From positions 21,869,432 to 21,933,431 of the forward strand of contig NC_092679.1 in NCBI RefSeq assembly GCF_964355755.1: DNA of 64,000 bases. The letters run 5' to 3'. Position numbers and translations under genes: made by a program. How positions within the stretch are numbered: position 1 is the first letter of the stretch; each line of letters begins with the position of its first letter. Source of the DNA: Antedon mediterranea (Eukaryota > Animalia > Echinodermata). Below the pieces are notes generated by a model that was not told where the DNA came from, did not search any database, and saw nothing but the letters and a program-made list of their open reading frames with translations. Shown here piece after piece: positions 60,661-64,000 of the stretch.

Positions 60661-63600
60661 TGTGAACCAGTTTGGTTATTGTGAACCAGCTTGGTTATTG
60701 TGAACCAACTTGGTTATTGTAAACCAGCTTGGTTATTGTGAACCAGCTTGGTTATTGTGAACCAGCTTGGTTATTGTGAACCAGCTTGGTTATTGTAAAC
60801 CAGCTTGGTTATTGTGAACCAGCTTGTTTATTGTGAACCAGCTTGGATATTGTGAACCAGCTTGGTTATTGTGAACCAGCTTGGTTATTGTGAACCAGCT
60901 TGGTTATTGTGAACCAGCTTGGTTATTGTGAACCAGCTTGGTTGTTGTGAACCAGCTTGGTTGTTGTGAACCAGCTTGGTTGTTGTGAACCATCTTGGTT
61001 ATTGTGAACCAGCTTGGTTATTGTGAACCAGCTTGGTTATTGTGAACCAGCTTGGTTATTGTGAACCAGCTTGGTTATTGTGAACCAGCTTGGTTATTGT
61101 GAACCAGCTTGGTTATTGTGAACCAGCTTGGTTATTGTGAACCAGCTTGGTTATTGTGAACCAGCTTGGTTATTGTGAACCAGCTTGGTTGTGGTGAACC
61201 AGCTTGGTTGTGGTGAACCAGCTTGGTTGTGGTGAACCAGCTTGGTTGTTGTGAACGAGCTTGGTTATTGTGAACCAGCTTGGTTATTGTGAACCAGCTT
61301 GGTTATTGTGAACCAGCTTGGTTATTGTGAACCAGCTTGGTTATTGTGAAATAGCTTGGTTATTGTGAACCAGCTTGGTTATTGTGAACCAGCTTGGTTA
61401 TTGTGAACCAGCTTGGTTATTGTGAACCAGCTTGGTTATTGTGAACCAGCTTGGTTATTGTTAACCAGCTTGGTTATTGTTAACCAGCTTGGTTATTGTT
61501 AACCAGCTTGGTTGTTGTGAACCAGCTTGGTTATTGTGAACCATCTTGGTTATTGTGAACCATCTTGGTTATTGTGAACCATCTTGGTTATTGTGAACCA
61601 GCTTGGTTATTGTGAACCAGCTTGGTTATTGTGAACCAGCTTGGTTATTGTGAACCAGCTTGGTTATTGTGAACCAGCTTGGTTATTGTGAACCAGCTTG
61701 GTTATTGTGAACCAGCTTGGTTATTGTGAACCAGCTTGGTTATTGTGAACCAGCTTGGTTGTGGTGAACCAGCTTGGTTGTGGTGAACCAGCTTGGTTGT
61801 TGTGAACGAGCTTGGTTATTGTGAACGAGCTTGGTTATTGTGAACCAGCTTGGTTATTGTGAACCAGCTTGGTTATTGTGAACCAGCTTGGTTATTGTGA
61901 ACCAGCTTGGTTATTGTGAACCAGCTTGGTTATTGTGAACCAGCTTGGTTGTTGTGAACCAGCTTGGTTGTTGTGAACCAGCTTGGTTGTTGTGAACCAT
62001 CTTGGTTGTTGTGAACCATCTTGGTTATTGTGAACCATCTTGGTTATTGTGAACCAGCTTGGTTATTGTGAACCAGCTTGGTTATTGTGAACCAGCTTGG
62101 TTATTGTGAACCAGCTTGGTTATTGTGAACCAACTTGGTTATTGTGAACCAACTTGGTTATTGTGAACCAACTTGGTTGTTGTGAACCAGCTTGGTTGTT
62201 GTGAACCAGCTTGGTTGTTGTGAACCAGCTTGGTTGTTGTGAACGAGCTTGGTTGTTGTGAACCAGCTTGGTTGTTGTGAACCAGCTTGGTTGTTGTGAA
62301 CCAGCTTGGTTATTGTGAACCAGCTTGGTTATTGTGAACCAGCTTGGTTATTGTGAACCAGCTTGGTTATTGTGAACCAGCTTGGTTATTGTGAACCAGC
62401 TTGGTTATTGTGAACCAGCTTGGTTATTGTGAACCAGCTTGGTTATTGTGAACCAGCTTGGTTATTGTGAACCAGCTTGGTTATTGTGAACCAGCTTGGT
62501 TATTGTGAACCAGCTTGGTTATTGTGAACCAGCTTGGTTATTGTGAACCAGCTTGGTTATTGTGAAATAGCTTGGTTATTGTGAAATAGCTTGGTTATTG
62601 TGAACCAGCTTGGTTGTTGTGAACCAGCTTGGTTGTTGTGAACCATCTTGGTTGTTGTGAACCATCTTGGTTGTTGTGAACCATCTTGGTTATTGTGAAC
62701 CATCTTGGTTATTGTGAACCATCTTGGTTATTGTGAACCATCTTGGTTATTGTGAACCAGCTTGGTTATTGTGAACCAGCTTGGTTATTGTGAACCAGCT
62801 TGGTTATTGTGAACCAGCTTGGTTATTGTGAACCAGCTTGGTTATTGTGAACCAGCTTGGTTATTGTGAACCAGCTTGGTTATTGTGAACCAGCTTGGTT
62901 GTGGTGAACGAGCTTGGTTGTGGTGAACGAGCTTGGTTGTGGTGAACCAGCTTGGTTGTTGTGAACCAGCTTGGTTATTGTGAACCAGCTTGGTTATTGT
63001 GAACCAGCTTGGTTATTGTGAACCAGCTTGGTTATTGTGAAATAGCTTGGTTATTGTGAACCAGCTTGGTTATTGTGAACCAGCTTGGTTATTGTGAACC
63101 AGCTTGGTTATTGTGAACCAGCTTGGTTGTTGTGAACCAGCTTGGTTGTTGTGAACCAGCTTGGTTGTTGTGAACCAGCTTGGTTGTTGTGAACCAGCTT
63201 GGTTGTTGTGAACCAGCTTGGTTGTTGTGAACCATCTTGGTTATTGTGAACCATCTTGGTTATTGTGAACCAGCTTGGTTATTGTGAACCAGCTTGGTTA
63301 TTGTGAACCAGCTTGGTTATTGTGAACCAGCTTGGTTATTGTGAACCAGCTTGGTTATTGTGAACCAGCTTGGTTATTGTGAACCAGCTTGGTTATTGTG
63401 AACCAGCTTGGTTGTTGTGAACCAGCTTGGTTGTTGTGAACCAGCTTGGTTGTGGTGAACCAGCTTGGTTGTGGTGAACCAGCTTGGTTGTGGTGAACCA
63501 GCTTGGTTGTTGTGAACGAGCTTGGTTATTGTGAACGAGCTTGGTTATTGTGAACGAGCTTGGTTATTGTGAACGAGCTTGGTTATTGTGAACCAGCTTG

Positions 63601-64000
63601 GTTATTGTGAACCAGCTTGGTTATTGTGAAATAGCTTGGTTATTGTGAAATAGCTTGGTTATTGTGAACCAGCTTGGTTGTTGTGAACCAGCTTGGTTGT
63701 TGTGAACCAGCTTGGTTGTTGTGAACCAGCTTGGTTGTTGTGAACCAGCTTGGTTGTTGTGAACCAGCTTGGTTGTTGTGAACCAGCTTGGTTGTTGTGA
63801 ACCATCTTGGTTATTGTGAACCAGCTTGGTTATTGTGAACCAGCTTGGTTATTGTGAACCAGCTTGGTTATTGTGAACCAGCTTGGTTATTGTGAACCAG
63901 CTTGGTTATTGTGAACCAGCTTGGTTATTGTGAACCAGCTTGGTTATTGTGAACCAGCTTGGTTATTGTGAACCAGCTTGGTTATTGTGAACCAGCTTGG
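60661..64000. repeat. 19-bp satellite TGTGAACCAGCTTGGTTAT, about 175 units, continues past the window end
   Basis: Highly homogeneous tandem array inside a UTP25 intron. Confidence 0.98.

Noticed and set aside
60661-64000. Palindromic short repeats resembling a CRISPR array
   Set aside because: No unique spacers and no cas genes; eukaryotic intron context.

Overview
AT-rich, intron-rich animal genomic DNA. It is probably an echinoderm: the SNAP-25 protein closely resembles sea-urchin SNAP-25 as I recall it (inference). Gene order: (1) the 3' part of a SNAP-25 gene (+, 2546-27371; first coding exon not found, probably upstream of the window); (2) two tandem sphingolipid delta-4 desaturase DEGS paralogs (+, 31029-34522 and 39455-42230) with a young 5'-truncated LINE between them; (3) an RBM4/lark-like gene with only one RRM plus a CCHC knuckle (-, 48752-52078); (4) head-to-head with it, UTP25/DIEXF (+, from 52944, running off the window into a 19-bp satellite). 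Introns carry many MITEs, a foldback-type element, tRNA-derived SINEs and satellites; most ORFs in the supplied track are repeat artefacts. Main discovery: SNAP-25 has two pairs of duplicated exons, mutually exclusive 49-nt exons 4a/4b and alternative last exons 8a/8b, which are not the vertebrate 5a/5b pair. Three long-range complementary intronic segments accompany them. One includes a perfect 19-bp helix clamping the 4a-4b intron, and two would cover the acceptors of 4b and 8a, the more neuronal-SNAP-25-like exons. This suggests an RNA-structure switch yielding SNAP-25-like and SNAP-23-like SNAREs from one gene. All pairings and coordinates were worked out by hand.
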